Below are positions 42,118 through 63,893 of a stretch of DNA of 64,000 bases, in pieces. Every line of letters starts with the position of its first letter. The stretch's first letter is position 1. The notes beneath the pieces were generated by a model. That model was not told the DNA's origin and made no database searches. It worked only from the letters and a program-made list of their open reading frames with translations. This DNA comes from the human T2T-CHM13v2.0 reference genome, Homo sapiens, in the NCBI RefSeq assembly GCF_009914755.1, contig NC_060938.1; one strand, given 5' to 3'. The translations under genes were made by a program, and so were the position numbers.

Positions 42118-43489
42118 TCGGCTCTGCTTTCTTCTCCAATTACTGTCTTTCTTTCTCTTTTCTGCTTATCCTTAAAGACTTTCCCTTTTTGTTCTCATCT
42201 TCATCTCCTACTCTCTTCTGGCTCTAACTGAAGTTCTCACGCAGCTTCCCTCCTGACCTTCTGGACAGCCACCTGCTTTCCCAAGTTTCCTCCTTTCCCT
42301 CCTGTGGAGATGCCTCTCTTAGAATCCTTGCTTTTATCAGCGGCTTACAATCTCTGCATCCGTAGAAACCAGACAGCCTTTTTGTTTGAGGGCTAACACT
42401 TGCCTTGTCCCTATTTCAAATAACACAGTGAGCTGTACATAGAAGTTACTCAATGATATCTTAATTGATTTTATTGGGTTCCTTTTTACGCTTATCTTAG
42501 AAAAGGGATGTGACTTTGGATTGGGTAATAAAGAGCCGTTTATTGCATGTGTACAAATTATAAATTCCCAGGCACACCCTGATCATAGCAGGATCCTTTT
42601 GTTAGCTTTATGGGGCATGAAGTTGGCACCAAAGTATTCATGGGGATGTACAAGTAAGGAAGGGAAGCCAAAAGCATGTCTGATCATACAATCAGGTGTA
42701 AGCAAGCCCCCTAAGTAGCCAGGGCATGAACTTTGTCTATCTCTGAAATGACCAGAAGAAAAGGCAAGAGTGTGATTCATCCCTTGCCTCCACAGCAATT
42801 CATTTGGCTATCTACTTTTCTTATTACCAATGGCTAACCCTCTAAGGGTACCACTCCTGGCCATGAGGCCTCATGACTCAAAGTCTTAAGATTTATAGCA
42901 TTTTCCCTGGAGACCAAGGGCATTCCTTTGGGTGATACCTTTTTACTACCCAGAGGTTAGTCATTTACTATGGGTGATCCATTCAAATAAATTGGTTGCC
43001 AGGCTACCTCTTCAGATAAGAGTTCAAACTTGCATAAATAATCCCCAGCCACACTGTGACTTCTATGTGCAAGCCTAGAGGGGACGATGTTGCAGGAACC
43101 GTGCCAACCACTAAGACACTTTCAAGTTTATCCTAGAGAATGCCAAGACAGCTTCTCAATTCCATCAAGTGAGTCCTTCACAGGAACATTTCCCTAAGTT
43201 GAAAAACTGCAGGAAATAATTTATCTTTATGTTATTAATTGGTTACTATAAGGGCTACAGGAATTATTTAGGAACCAGATGATACCTGGTTTTCTCCATA
43301 GTTTACATAAGCCAGTCCCTGCAAAGATTCTTCCCCTACCCCCCTTAATTTTTTTTTTTTTCCTCAGAGATCCTTGTTCCAACCTGCAAGGATTCTTTGG
43401 CCTGGTGCTTTTCCAGGTAAAGTGTAAGAGCCAGGATTTCTGGATTTTGTTCCTAGACATGAGTGAGCTTGGATAAGTAAATCATTTTC

Positions 43490-43852
43490 TCTTTTAGTCT
43501 GTTTGGGCTTCTGTAACAAAATATCATAAACTGGGTAGCTTATAGGCAATATACATTTATTTCCCACAGTTCTGAAGGTCGGGAAATCCAAGATCCAGGC
43601 CAGCAGATTTGATGTCTGGTGAGGGCCTGCTTTCTGGTTCACAGAGGGAGCCTTCTGGCTGTGTCTTCACAAGGTGGAAGTGGCAAGGGGTCTCTCTCCG
43701 GCCTCTTTTATTAGGGCACCAATCTCATTCATAAGGACCCTGCCCCTATGACCTAATCACTTCCCAAGGCCTCCACTTCCTAATACATCACCGTGAGGGT
43801 TAGGATTTCAACATATGAACTTTGGCGGGATATAAACATTCAGACTATAGCA
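43490..43852 (-). mobile_element. MLT1A-like MaLR LTR just upstream of the promoter
   Basis: CATAAACTGGGTAGCTTA, TGACCTAATCAC, GATTTCAACATATGAA, CATTCAGACTATAGCA. Confidence 0.85.
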
Positions 43853-44164
43853 CCCTGACAGTAAAAATGAGATAATAATACTTATCTCTTTCTTCCAACA
43901 AAAAGATAAGGTGAAGTTAAAAGGAGGGTATATATATATATAATGTGAATTTCCTGTGTAAAATGTGTTAAAGAGTTGTCTGATTAATTGCTTTATAAGG
44001 GAATTGCTTTGAGACTAGGCCTATTGATCTAGAATAAGTAGTCAATTTGTAGTCAGTTCCCTAGGGAATAGACATTGAAAAGATTTTTGGTTTTGTATTC
44101 TACAAATAAAGCAACCTATTAATTGAATTCCTCTCAGCGAATTCTTCACTCAGGTGATTCTGGA

Positions 44165-45170
44165 GAGGGCGGGGGACAGACGCGGCCGCAGCCCAGGTCC
44201 CGGGAGCGCCACGGAACCTAACGGTGGCAGCGGAGGTCGCGCCCCTCAGTGCCCGCGCTCTCCCCGTCGGGAGCTTCCTGGTCGCCCCTGCGGCGGCGGC
44301 TCGGGGTGTCTGGCCGGCGCGGGGCTCGCCCAGCCTGGTCCGGGGAGAGGACTGGCTGGGCAGGGGCGCCGCCCCGCCTCGGGAGAGGCGGGCCGGGCGG
44401 GGCTGGGAGTATTTGAGGCTCGGAGCCACCGCCCCGCCGGCGCCCGCAGCACCTCCTCGCCAGCAGCCGTCCGGAGCCAGCCAACGAGCGGTGAGCTGCG
44501 CGGGGCGCGGGGGACGCGGCTCCGGCCGGGCAGGGGAGAGGGCGCCCGGGCGCTGCTTGGGGCGCGGTCCGGAGAGGGTTCGGCTCCCCGGGACCGGGCC
44601 GGGGCGCGCGCGGAGAGCCCCACAGCCTGTGCTCTGCCCTCCAGGAGCGGGGCGGCGGGCAGCGATCTGGGCCCGGGGCAGTCGCCTTTGATTATCGAGG
44701 GCGCTGGCGTTCGGGGAAGGTTGGCAGCACCTTACGAGACCCACACACGTCCCCGGGGCGGCACGGGCCACCTTCTGCGGAGCCTCGTGGGCTTCGCCGC
44801 CGTCGCACCTCCGCCGCCTGCGCTCTGCGGCCCCAGAGTAAGCCCCATCCGGTGACGAGCCGCAGTCTGGTCACCCCAGTCCCACCAGGTCCCGCTGCGA
44901 GGGGAGGCGGAGGGGCTCGCTCAGCAAACCAGACGGCCGCTCCAGTTTCTCTAATTGGGGTTGGAGCCCCGTCACCCTTCCCCAGATCACGGCCGCGGGG
45001 GAGCGAAGGGACTTCCCAGGACTGCATAGGGCGCCTCCCGGGACCCACAGCTTGGCTGGCCCGGCCCCTTTTGAGCATCAGCTGAGGCTGGACTTGGAGG
45101 AGATCTCGCTGTGGAGCGCGAATGAGTTCTTCCACCGGGACCAGCTGCGGCCGGGCTGCAGCCGCTGTCT
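44165..45170. promoter_or_regulatory. CpG island / TATA-less LGALS3 promoter
   Basis: Very high GC and CpG density; several GGGCGG/CCGCCC boxes around exon 1. Confidence 0.93.
44407..44490 (+). other. LGALS3: LGALS3 non-coding exon 1
   Basis: Inside the CpG island, no ATG, ends ...CCAACGAGCG|GTGAGC; TSS approximate. Confidence 0.9.
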
Positions 45171-45737
45171 GGTTGCTGATCCCACAGAAAATGGTGCTTG
45201 CCCCATGGCCTGAGTGGGCATGACCCGGCTTTGCAAAGACTGCAAACTCTAAGCTTTTCCGAATCAAATGCCCCTCCCTGCCCAGACTGTCTGTGCCCAG
45301 GAAATGGTGGGTGTGGCAAAATGTTGGTCCTAGCGTGCAGAGCCCTACCGGGGGGCTTTCACAACATGTTTGAGAGTTTATTCTGAATTATCGGGTGCTC
45401 AAATAGAAACACTAAAACGATTGCCCTCTGAGCAGTAGGCGTTCAGGTCCAGGGAGTCGGGGACGCATGGTGGAGGCTGGGACTTAGGTTTCAGCCTTAC
45501 CCTTCAAGTTCGCCATGCGGGTTCCAGAGACTGCGGAATGTTTGTAAAGTGACTCTGGGAATTGGGTTGCTGCGCAATGAGGACACCTGGACCTCAGTGA
45601 CTCAGGCTGTCTCTAGGATTCTGGGGAAGAAATGGGAGAAGGCTCAGTTAATTCTGAAGAAAATGAGACTGATACAATTAACTACTTGGGCACAGGGCCT
45701 GAGAAGAAAAAGCTTTCGTCAGCTTCCAAAGTTCTGA

Positions 45738-46064
<327 letters not shown>

Positions 46065-47733
46065 ACCTCAAGTTTATAAACATTTCATACTAGGAAATTG
46101 TGTGTTTCCATAAAAGGTAAAGTTGAATAATGATCATTTACTTTTCTACAACAATAGTCTCCCTTTTAGACATTGACTCTCAATCCTTAGGGTAGGGTCT
46201 CTCATTCTAAAGATGATCATACCCCATCCTTGATCTTTGGGGGACTTAAGCAACTTCCTAAATTCATAATATTTAGAGGTGATGTTTAAAATCAGCACTT
46301 AGTCCAGATTCTGGGGAGAAGTTTGATGATGGTCCTTGAATATTTAGCACTTAGAAGTGCTAGGAGGATGCCTCACTAAGTTACGTAAGAAGCAGAAGAG
46401 GACGAGTACCGCCTGATGGATTGACCCCGAAAACTAGCTGTGTCCAAGTAGAATAGGTGTCTCGCTCTGTTAAGCGGTCTTTAAACTATGATAGTTCGCT
46501 GTACTACAAATATGCATAGGTGCTTTACAAAGACTTTTCACTTAGTGAGGTCAAGAGGCTAATGCTGGTCTCATGTATAATTTAGGTACCTTTTTACATA
46601 GAACCCTCATTAGCCAGACTCTAAACCTTAACTGCAGCCAAGACCTTTGTTCATGTAGTATGCCTTCAGAATCTCGTGTTGACCTTAAATGCCAAGTGGC
46701 TTGTAAACTTATGTACTTGATACTTGTGGTAACTGATCTCAAACATAGCTCTTCTTTCCTGTGATCGTTTGGGACACAGGCTCCCACTCAAGGGTAGCTC
46801 CTTGTGTCTGGTGCCTGAACTGGATCTTCTCATTAAATTCTGAGTGGGTAACTTAAGAACCAGTCTAGGCTGTGCTTGCTGTATACTTCCAGTTCGCTAT
46901 TGACCAAGTGTCATGTGTTCTCTTTTGAACTGTTCAGCTTTTCCGTAGGGGGGAAGATCAGTCATGAGAAGCAGAAAGTAACTCTACCTTCCTTGATGCC
47001 AGGGAGCTATGATGAGAAAGAAATCCTAGGAAAGGACCAGTTCCCCTTATTCCAACTTAGCATCACTGAATTTGTCTTTGGCAAATGGGCTTTCCTCAAG
47101 TCCTGCTCTGTGTTTCAGCAAGGACAGGAAGTAGACTGCCTCTTGTGTTACTTGAGGAGCAGTGTAGGGCAGTGCCTAGGGGCTCAGGAAGTAGTCTTCT
47201 TCTGTGACGGTTGCGCACAGGTCAGGGACCTTTATGAGCAGACATTTCAGAAGTGTTCCTGGGAACCCAGACAACTGGACTGATTGCTGGGTGGGCCTAG
47301 AATAGCATAGTGCAGCGGATAGCTACTCTTTGTTAAAGGGAAAAGCTACCAATTAACAGCCGATTAAAATGGTCTGTATTCTAACTCATGTTTAAATTCC
47401 TTATTCTGAAGCTACACTGAACTGCTTACTGTAGGTGTTTACAAATGTGGAGACCCAGCTAGTATTTCTCTACTTTTAGTTTATTTTTTGAAGTTTTTTT
47501 TTTTTCCCCTCTGACTGTTCAAAATTCTCTGATCCTGGAAACACCAGGGTGGGGTTCACATATCTATAGTGTCTGTAGAGTGGGAAGATTTGTGACATTT
47601 GATTGTATGTCTCTCTCTGTAAACTACTCATCTGAAAAGAAAAAAGAAAAAAATTTCAGGCAAGTAAGGATGATACTTATCTGAATAGATGTCTTTTTTG
47701 TTTTCCTGAAAGTTTTGAGGTTAATAATCTTGA

Positions 47734-48056
<323 letters not shown>

Positions 48057-48517
48057 TATAATGCTTTTCAAAAAAGAAATCTCATGGTTGGAAGTTGACG
48101 GGGCATACCCAATTTTTGGAAAAGTACACTTTATTGGTTAAAATGTCATTATAATTAGCAAATGACTATACAAAATGGCATTCTTGTATTCAATATTCAA
48201 TATTATTTTGTGCTTGAATGAATCACCCAGTTAGTTTTCTGACCAAAACACAATCCTTTTTAAAAAATTTGTTTACAATTTCAGTATGTTATGTAGTTAC
48301 AGATGAGTAAGTCAGAGAATTAATTTCACAATGAAGTAATTAACACTTTCAAAGGACTGTACTTTAAAATTTCAAAGTGTGATGTTTTCTATTGGTGTAG
48401 AATGAGCCTAAATAAGGAGTAAAAAGACACGAGCCCTACTCCTTGATCTGCCAATGACAGATGACTTTGGGCCACCATGTTATCTCTCTGAGCCTCAGTT
48501 TCCTTATGGTGAGAACA

Positions 48518-48775
48518 CAGTAGTCTCCCCCTTATTTTCAGGGGATGCATTCCAAGACCCCCTGTGGATGCTTCAAACCATGGTTAGTATCAAACCCTAT
48601 ATATACTGTTTTTTTGATCTGATAACCAAGCCTGCTACTAAGTGACTTGTGGGTGGGTAGCATCTACAGTGTAGATAGGCTGGACATAGGGATGATTCAT
48701 GTCCCAGGCTGGACAGTGAGATGGCAGGACAGTACAAGATTTCACCACAAAGAATGTCATTATAACTAAAATAGA
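48518..48775 (+). mobile_element. MER44/Tigger7-like DNA transposon
   Basis: CAGTAGTCTCCCCCTTAT...TTCCAAGACCCCC...GGATG terminal sequence; GATGATTCATGTCCC. Confidence 0.75.
48542..48582 (+). CDS. LGALS3: Candidate alternative LGALS3 exon with upstream in-frame ATG (MHSKTPCGCFKP-W-K), inside a MER44-like element
   Basis: CCCCTTATTTTCAG|GGGATGCAT...CCATG|GTTAGT; TG plus exon 2 G-AAA-ATG keeps the frame. Confidence 0.6.
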
Positions 48776-49196
48776 TAAGGTATGTGAACATGCTTCATAA
48801 GCTGAAAAGCGCCACACAAATGCCAGGTTTTGTTCTAGTGGCCTTGTCTAATGTGTCGAGACACAATCTATACTGCCCTCCGAGGTGGTGTTGAAACAGT
48901 GGAAATGCAACGAGATCTGCTTTGTTTCCCAAACTGGATTTGGTTAGATTGGAAAATAAACTAAACATGCTTGAGCAGAGGCTTTGAAAAGAATAAATAT
49001 TAAATTATGGAAATGCCTTCTTTATTTGACTTTCTGGTTGGAATCAGCCTTTAAACACATCTTAATTTGAATAGAGTTATGTTAGGACCCTTTATAAGGC
49101 AAATTCAGCTAGTTTTAACAATTGAAACTACCTTTTTGGTTTTTATTGAACCACGTGTGTACATTCATGTAGGGATACACTGCTAACTAGCTAGAT

Positions 49197-49552
49197 TGGC
49201 GGTCCTCAACTAGCCATGATTTTGCTCCCAGGGGATATTGGCAATGTCTGAAGACATTTTGTTTTCCTTTTTTTGGTAGAGACTGGGGTTTTGCTGTATT
49301 GCCCAGGCTGGTCTTGAACTCCTGGGCTCAAGCAATATTCCCGCCTCAGCCTCCCAAATGACTGGGATTACAGGTGTGAGCCACCACACCTGGCCTGAAG
49401 ACACTTGGTTGTCACAAGTTGGAGTGTGGTATGCTGGAGTTCTGGCAGCATATGTATTGAAGCCAGCAATGCTGCTGAACATCCTGCAGTGCACAGGACA
49501 GCGCCCCACAGCAAAGCATCTGACCTGAAGTGTCAGTGGTGCTGAGGTTCAC
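49197..49552 (+). mobile_element. MER20 containing an Alu monomer (49262-49395, -)
   Basis: TTGGCAATGTCTGAAGACA, GGTTGTCACAA, GATGCT-like/AACATCCTGCAGTGCACAGGACAG. Confidence 0.8.
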
Positions 49553-50049
49553 AATAAGCTCCTGTGCAATGAGGACATTTAAAAGAAATCAAAATGTTGA
49601 TAACGTTATTGCTGGGTCTTTGATATGTTGCCTTAGGGTGGAAGAAGTATGTGTAATTAAAGGAACTAAGCTTTCTGCCCACCTTGAAGTTCAAGATTGT
49701 TTCGTATGGCATCCAAAATGAGGGAGACTTTCTTTTTCTGAATTAAAAATTTTCATTTATTTTCCTTTTCTGTAACAACTCTTCTCTCAAGGTCCCCCTG
49801 CAGTAGCAACTTATACGGTTTCTTATACGGTAGTGTGGCAGCCTTTTGGGGAAGGAGGCACATGCAGAGGAGCTCACAACTTTTGCTTTAAAAAGCCAAG
49901 CACTACAGGATGTAACGTAAATGAAAGATGCAGTAACCTCTGGAGTCACCGTGACTTCCCTGTCAAGCTGCCAGCAGTTCCCTAGGTTGGAAAATGGGCA
50001 TGGTCATAACCTAACCACTTCTGAATAGGTTTCAGAATGACCATGTTCA

Positions 50050-50356
<307 letters not shown>

Positions 50357-50419
50357 GATGTGCAAAAATATTTTAGTCAAAGGTAATGTCTGACTATGAT
50401 ATAAATAATAGCAGTATAG

Positions 50420-50654
50420 TAAAGGATGAGCATCCCCAATGCAGAAATCTGAAATGCTTCAAAATCCCAAACGTTTTGCATGCCTGCATGATGTTCAGAG
50501 GCCATGCTCTACAGAAATGCTCACTGGAGATTTTGGATTTTGGCTCTTCAGATTAGGGATGCTTAACTGGGCATAAGGACATATTCCAAAATAAAAAAAA
50601 ATGTAAATCAGAAACACTTCTGGTCCTATTTCAAATAAGGGATACTCAACCTGT
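50420..50654. mobile_element. Tigger4a/MER46-like
   Basis: TIRs AGGATGAGCATCCC / GGGATACTCAACCTG. Confidence 0.75.
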
Positions 50655-50750
50655 ATAAAATATCCAGTGTGTATAAATGAAGCATATGTTAAGCCCTAGG
50701 AGGAGCTCTGCCTGTTTGAGTTTTACCAAAAATAAGGTAATATTTTATGG

Positions 50751-51067
<317 letters not shown>

Positions 51068-51700
51068 TGAATCAAGTAGTGGACATTTATTGGATCCCTT
51101 GGGGCCGATGCCATTTCTAAAAGTGATTGAGTAAATATCACAGGTGGGCAAATCAAAGAGAAGGATATTCTGGTTGTTTCAAGGTCCAGGTAATTCAGGC
51201 CATGGCACAGGTGATCCTGAGCTTAGGAAGAACTCACCCATGCCTCAGGGGCCCAGCTGCCCTCCTCCCCTCACTGCTGGAGCACCTACAACAGCTGTGA
51301 AGCATCTTGTGCTTTTGGAGCCTTGACATGGGAAGGAACAGGAGAAAGCAGGACTGATGTCTCCAGACCACCCCTTAGGCAAACCCTCTTTGGTAGCATC
51401 TTAGACCCAAATATTTTTTTCCTTCACGTCACGTTGCCTGAATTTTTTCACCTTAGTTTGTTGTACTGCCAAATATTTTATTTGGAATAACAAGTACCTT
51501 TGAAAAAAAAAAAGCACATACAAACTTCAGCTCCCCTTTGAGGCTTAGCTCCAACAGCACCTTTCCTTTCCTTCTTAGAAGTAAGCTTTCTGGGTTTGAA
51601 TTCCTACAGCACACATTCTGACTCATAGCATCTGTGACTTGTTATTTCACATTTCCATGGATGCATCTCATCTGCCTTGCTGCACTGTAGGCCCTTCGGC

Positions 51701-52081
51701 TTTTATTTTTTTTTAATTCTTAATCTTTATGGGTACATAGCAGGTATATATATTTATGGCATACGTTAGATGTTTTGACACAGGTATGCAATGCCTAATA
51801 ATCACATCATGGAAAATGGGGTATCCCTCTTCTCATTTATTTGTGTTACAAACAATCCAGTTATACTTTTAGTTATTTTCAAACGTACAATGAAATTATT
51901 GACTATAGTCACCCTGCTGTGCTGTCAAATACCCGGCCTTATTCATTCATTATAACTATTTTTGTCACCCATTAACTATCCCCACCTCCCTCCCACCCTC
52001 CCTCACTACCTTTCCCAGCCTCTGGTAACCATCCTTCTATTCTATATCTCTGTGGGCTCAATTGTTTTGAGTTTTAGATCC
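51701..52081 (-). mobile_element. L1MA 3' end
   Basis: GGGTACATAG, TTACAAACAATCCA, CCCAGCCTCTGGTAACCATC. Confidence 0.85.
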
Positions 52082-52563
52082 TGTGGCCCCTTTGACCATG
52101 CAGATCATGGCCTATTCATCTTCACACCTAGATAGGAGCCTGCGCAGTGCCTGGCCAGGAGCAGGCATAAGTGTGTGCAAATAGAGGAATAAATAGCAGG
52201 GCAGCAACTATGTCTGGAGGTCATTGTCTTTCCTGTCTCAGTAGTAATCAATCACTGCTTATCTTCAAAAACCCAGAGTAGGGGATGGGGCAGTTAGTGG
52301 GGACAGAGGGCAGATGGGTAAGATTCAGAGCACAGGCTAGTGTGACGGAAGTTTAAACTTGTGAGTTAAATAGGGTTTGGCAATCTAGCTGGATAGCATC
52401 CCTGCCCCTTGAAGAGATGTTTTTGTGGCGCCACACTACTGACTTAGGCATAATGCCTAGAGATGGATTAGAACTGCACAATGAACTAGTGGTGAGGTTC
52501 AGTTTAATGGAAATTGGTGAAAGCTTTTAGGATAAAATGATAATCTTTGTTTCTTTCAGGAAA

Positions 52564-60461
<7,898 letters not shown>

Positions 60462-60582
60462 TCTGAAAGGGGCAGATTAAAAAAAAAAAAAGAATCTAAA
60501 CCTTACATGTGTAAAGGTTTCATGTTCACTGTGAGTGAAAATTTTTACATTCATCAATATCCCTCTTGTAAGTCATCTACTT

Positions 60583-60588
60583 AATAAA
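60583..60588 (+). terminator. LGALS3 polyadenylation signal
   Basis: AATAAA about 120 nt after the stop codon, followed by T/GT-rich sequence. Confidence 0.85.
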
Positions 60589-61196
60589 TATTACAGTGAA
60601 TTACCTGTCTCAATATGTCATTTAATTGGAGTGGTTTATTCTAGATAATGCACAATGGAAAAAATATGTAGCAATATTAATACTGCATTGGGGCCTCAAG
60701 GTTTCCTATACTTGTTAAAATATTTTTCTTAAGGAGAAAGTAAATATTACCACAAAATTATCTCTTCCAGAATTTCATAAAAATCAGCTGTTTCAAGAAA
60801 ATTATTCTCTCATTTTCTTAAGGAAATATAACATGTTCAGGAAATCAGAATAGCATTAAGAAAAAGTTAACCTATAGATGACCTATGACCCATAGACAAT
60901 TATTGTTAGGATTCTGGTATATTTCTTGACGGCTTTTTAATCCTATTTTCTCCTTCTATAGTTCACTGCTTTCAAATCAGTAATTTGATACCAATATAGG
61001 ACCATCTCCCTGGTTTTTATGAAATCTCTTATGGAGAAAAAGGTATCTTATATAGTCGGCTTTCAAAATTTAATTGTTCCCATCGTCAACATTCTTGCCC
61101 ATGCCTTTCTACCCTTATTAGCAGCAAGCCCAAAGATTAATAAAATTCCAAAACTAGGATGTGGCAAAACCACTTCATCTTATAGAAGACCAACAT

Positions 61197-61447
61197 TTTT
61201 TTTTCTTTTTTGAGACAGAATCTGACTCTGTCGCCCAGGATGGAGTGCAGTGGTGCGACCTCAGCTCACGGCAACCTCCACCTCCCAGGTTCAAGCAATT
61301 CTCTGCCTCAGCCTCCTGAGTAGCTGGGATTACAGGCACCTGCCACCATGCCCGGCTAATTTTTGTATTTTTAGTAGAGACAGGGTTTCACCATCTTGGC
61401 TAGGCTGGTGTTGAACTCCTGACATCGTGATCCACCCGCCTTGCCCA
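61197..61447 (-). mobile_element. AluS, 5' truncated
   Basis: Alu consensus. Confidence 0.88.
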
Positions 61448-61496
61448 AAATATTATTTTATACAATACTATCTTTTCAAATCTGTTAAATCAGTAA

Positions 61497-61910
61497 TTGT
61501 CACAGGTTGGGTCTCCCAGGAAGCAGAGAGATTAGATCTCAAGAAGCTTGTGAGGGAGTGTACTTGCAATCAATACATGTGGGGATGGGAAAGACATGAT
61601 TGAGTTGAGGGAGAAGTTGAGCAGCAATAACTTACCCTACCCTAGGGGGAGTTCTGAAGCTGGGATTCTTCTTCAGAGCTTCAAGCGGGGCCAGGCCTTT
61701 TTATACCCCCACTTTGATCAGTCACTGACTATAGGACACCTGGGAAAGAGAATGTGACCTGAGATGAAGTGGCTCTCTTCAGCTGAGGCAACATAATCCT
61801 CACAAGGGATGTCAACTGAGGGCTGCCTGCCAGCAGCACTTCCTGTAGCTCAAGGAATAAGTCCTCTATCGCTAAACAGGGATGTGGGCAGCATATCATA
61901 GCATATTTCA
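61497..61910 (-). mobile_element. LTR16-like old ERVL LTR
   Basis: GGTTGGGTCTCCCAGGAAGCAGA, GGGAGTTCTGAAGCTGGGAT, CTCTTCAGCTGAGGCAA. Confidence 0.6.
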
Positions 61911-62304
61911 AAAAATTTCTTACCCTAACATTCTGGTCTTGACTATTCTATTCTTATTAAACAAATGGAAGAACATAGCTTTGGAGAAAAGAGAGAACTT
62001 GGTTTATACAAAATTACTTAAATCCTCTGAGCCTTGGTTCCTGTGTCTATAAAATGCACACAGCTCTTATAGAGTTACTGTAACATTAAGTAAAATATTG
62101 TTTGCAAAGGGACTGTCAAAAAGTAAGTCCTCAATAAATAGAAATTCCCATTCTATTTTTGTACAACTTTTTTCTCTGACAATACACCGCATTAAGAACT
62201 CTTGCTCTGTCCAAAGCAGTTTTCTTTCATTTTGTCTCTAAAAATTTTCCTAATACCTCATAATTCTAGACTCCAATAGCCAAGCACATTATCTAGTAAG
62301 GGAC

Positions 62305-62710
62305 ACTGATGGTTGCCTACCCAATATCCATTCCATTTCCTAAGAGCCATGGTTTTATTCAGGTGTGATCCCAGATTCAACAGGGAATTCTGATTAAGTC
62401 AGTCCCCTGCTGGCTCACTGATCTGCAGATGGGGATGTGGCATTAGTTGGTCTAATCAGGCCAAAGGGAAGGACATAACTCTAACTGCCACTAGCAGCCA
62501 TCTTATGACCCCAAAAAGACCCAGCCATAGAGGAGAAGCCGACATCAAGGATAACAGAATGAACTAGGAATAGAAAGTTGGACCTTGATGTCATCACTGA
62601 GCTATTGATTATATAGTACCTGAAATCACTTTGATAACTTGTGAAATAATAAATTTCCTTATTGTTAAGCCAGTTTGAGTTCATTGCTTGTTTGGGTAAT
62701 TCAAATAAGC
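62305..62710 (+). mobile_element. Old MLT1 (J/K-like) LTR
   Basis: CAGCCATCTT, CCTTGATG, AATAAATTTCCTTATTGTTAAGCCAGTTTGAGTT. Confidence 0.6.
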
Positions 62711-63336
62711 CATGTAGGAAAAAGAAATATACATAAACTAGGGTTTTCTAATGGCCCAGGGCCATGAACAGCTGTAAGTTTTCGAAACAATTCAGTGATA
62801 CATCTTATTAAAGACATTTACTGACATTGTCTTATTATGATCTGCTTTATTTTTGAGAGCAAAATATTGTTGTGTTGCATATTGCTTTGTATAAACTGTA
62901 AATCTTGGGTTTCTTTGCACCAATCTTTTAAATGCTCATGTGACTGATATATGATTGATATGATTTTTTTCAAAAGAAAAAAGCATTTCCTTAATGGCTC
63001 TTGGCCATGCCAATGGGAAAATAAAAACAAAAAGGTAAGGATTTAATGCGCATCTCTAATGATTGAACTGTTTGAAACCGCAGCATGTCAAACTGACTTC
63101 GGAATCCGAAAAGCTCATCTAAAGAAATTCAGAATACTCTGGAATATGTAATACCCAAAGCTGTTCAACGTCAACAAATTTAGGAGTTCAAACTAAGAAT
63201 AAAGTGTAAAAAGATGCAAATATTTCTGTCACAGGTTAATATTTCAATTAAACTAAAGAATGTTTAAAGTGCTAATAAGTATACTTAGCCTTAAGCTTAT
63301 TCCTTTTAAACAAGAGAGGCAAGGCACAGTACATTT

Positions 63337-63342
63337 TTTATT
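63337..63342 (-). terminator. DLGAP5 polyadenylation signal
   Basis: TTTATT on + (AATAAA on -), about 200 nt downstream of the stop. Confidence 0.7.
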
Positions 63343-63540
63343 CTGTGTTGAAAATGTACAAAATATCCCCACTTCCCTTGAGAAAGAGTATATCTAAAAT
63401 ACACTTTGATGAACACAGAATATTAAAACATTATATGCTATAGAAGTGAACACAAATACATTTTCTCCAAAATTTCAATAGTCTAAGGAATATATAAGCA
63501 TTGATAATATGAAGGAAAATGTTTGGATTTATTTTTAAAT

Positions 63541-63663
63541 TCAAAATTCTCCTGGTTGTAGAGGTGAAAAAGTAATCAGGTTACCACCAAAAGAAATGTG
63601 TCTGGCATGTTCTTGATGTCTCCTCTCCAGCTGAGTAAATGGATTACTGCAGTTTAGACCTGG
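63541..63663 (-). CDS. DLGAP5: DLGAP5 (HURP) last coding exon; the gene continues beyond the window
   Basis: Minus strand TTTGTTCTCCAG|CCA GGT CTA... = PGLNCSNPFTQLERRHQEHARHISFGGNLITFSPLQPGEF*, recognised as the HURP C-terminus. Confidence 0.92.
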   Translation of the reverse strand, partial: PGLNCSNPFTQLERRHQEHARHISFGGNLITFSPLQPGEF

Positions 63664-63762
63664 CTGGAGAACAAATCCAGAGAAGTCAGTAAAGTATCCA
63701 TCAAGAGTTTCACCAATTAATTCTTCAACATTCTATAGTGGATTAATTAATAACAAAAATAA

Positions 63763-63893
63763 ACCGGGTGCGGTGGTGCACACCTGTAGTCCCAGCTACT
63801 CGGGAGGCTGAGGTGGTAGGATCACTTGAACCCAGGACTTCAAGACCAGCCCGAGCAACATAGCAAGATCCCACCTCAAAAACAAACAAACAA
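63763..63893 (+). mobile_element. Alu monomer in the last DLGAP5 intron
   Basis: Single arm. Confidence 0.8.

Noticed and set aside
44100-45319. Long overlapping ORFs (up to 233 aa) on both strands
   Set aside because: Stop-codon depletion in the CpG island; mostly non-ATG starts; no recognisable protein
46324-46416. Possible C/D box snoRNA (TGATGA...CTGA)
   Set aside because: Imperfect box C context, no terminal stem, no recognisable guide
46876-47283. 135-aa ORF in intron 1
   Set aside because: TTG start, no homology recognised; compatible with chance
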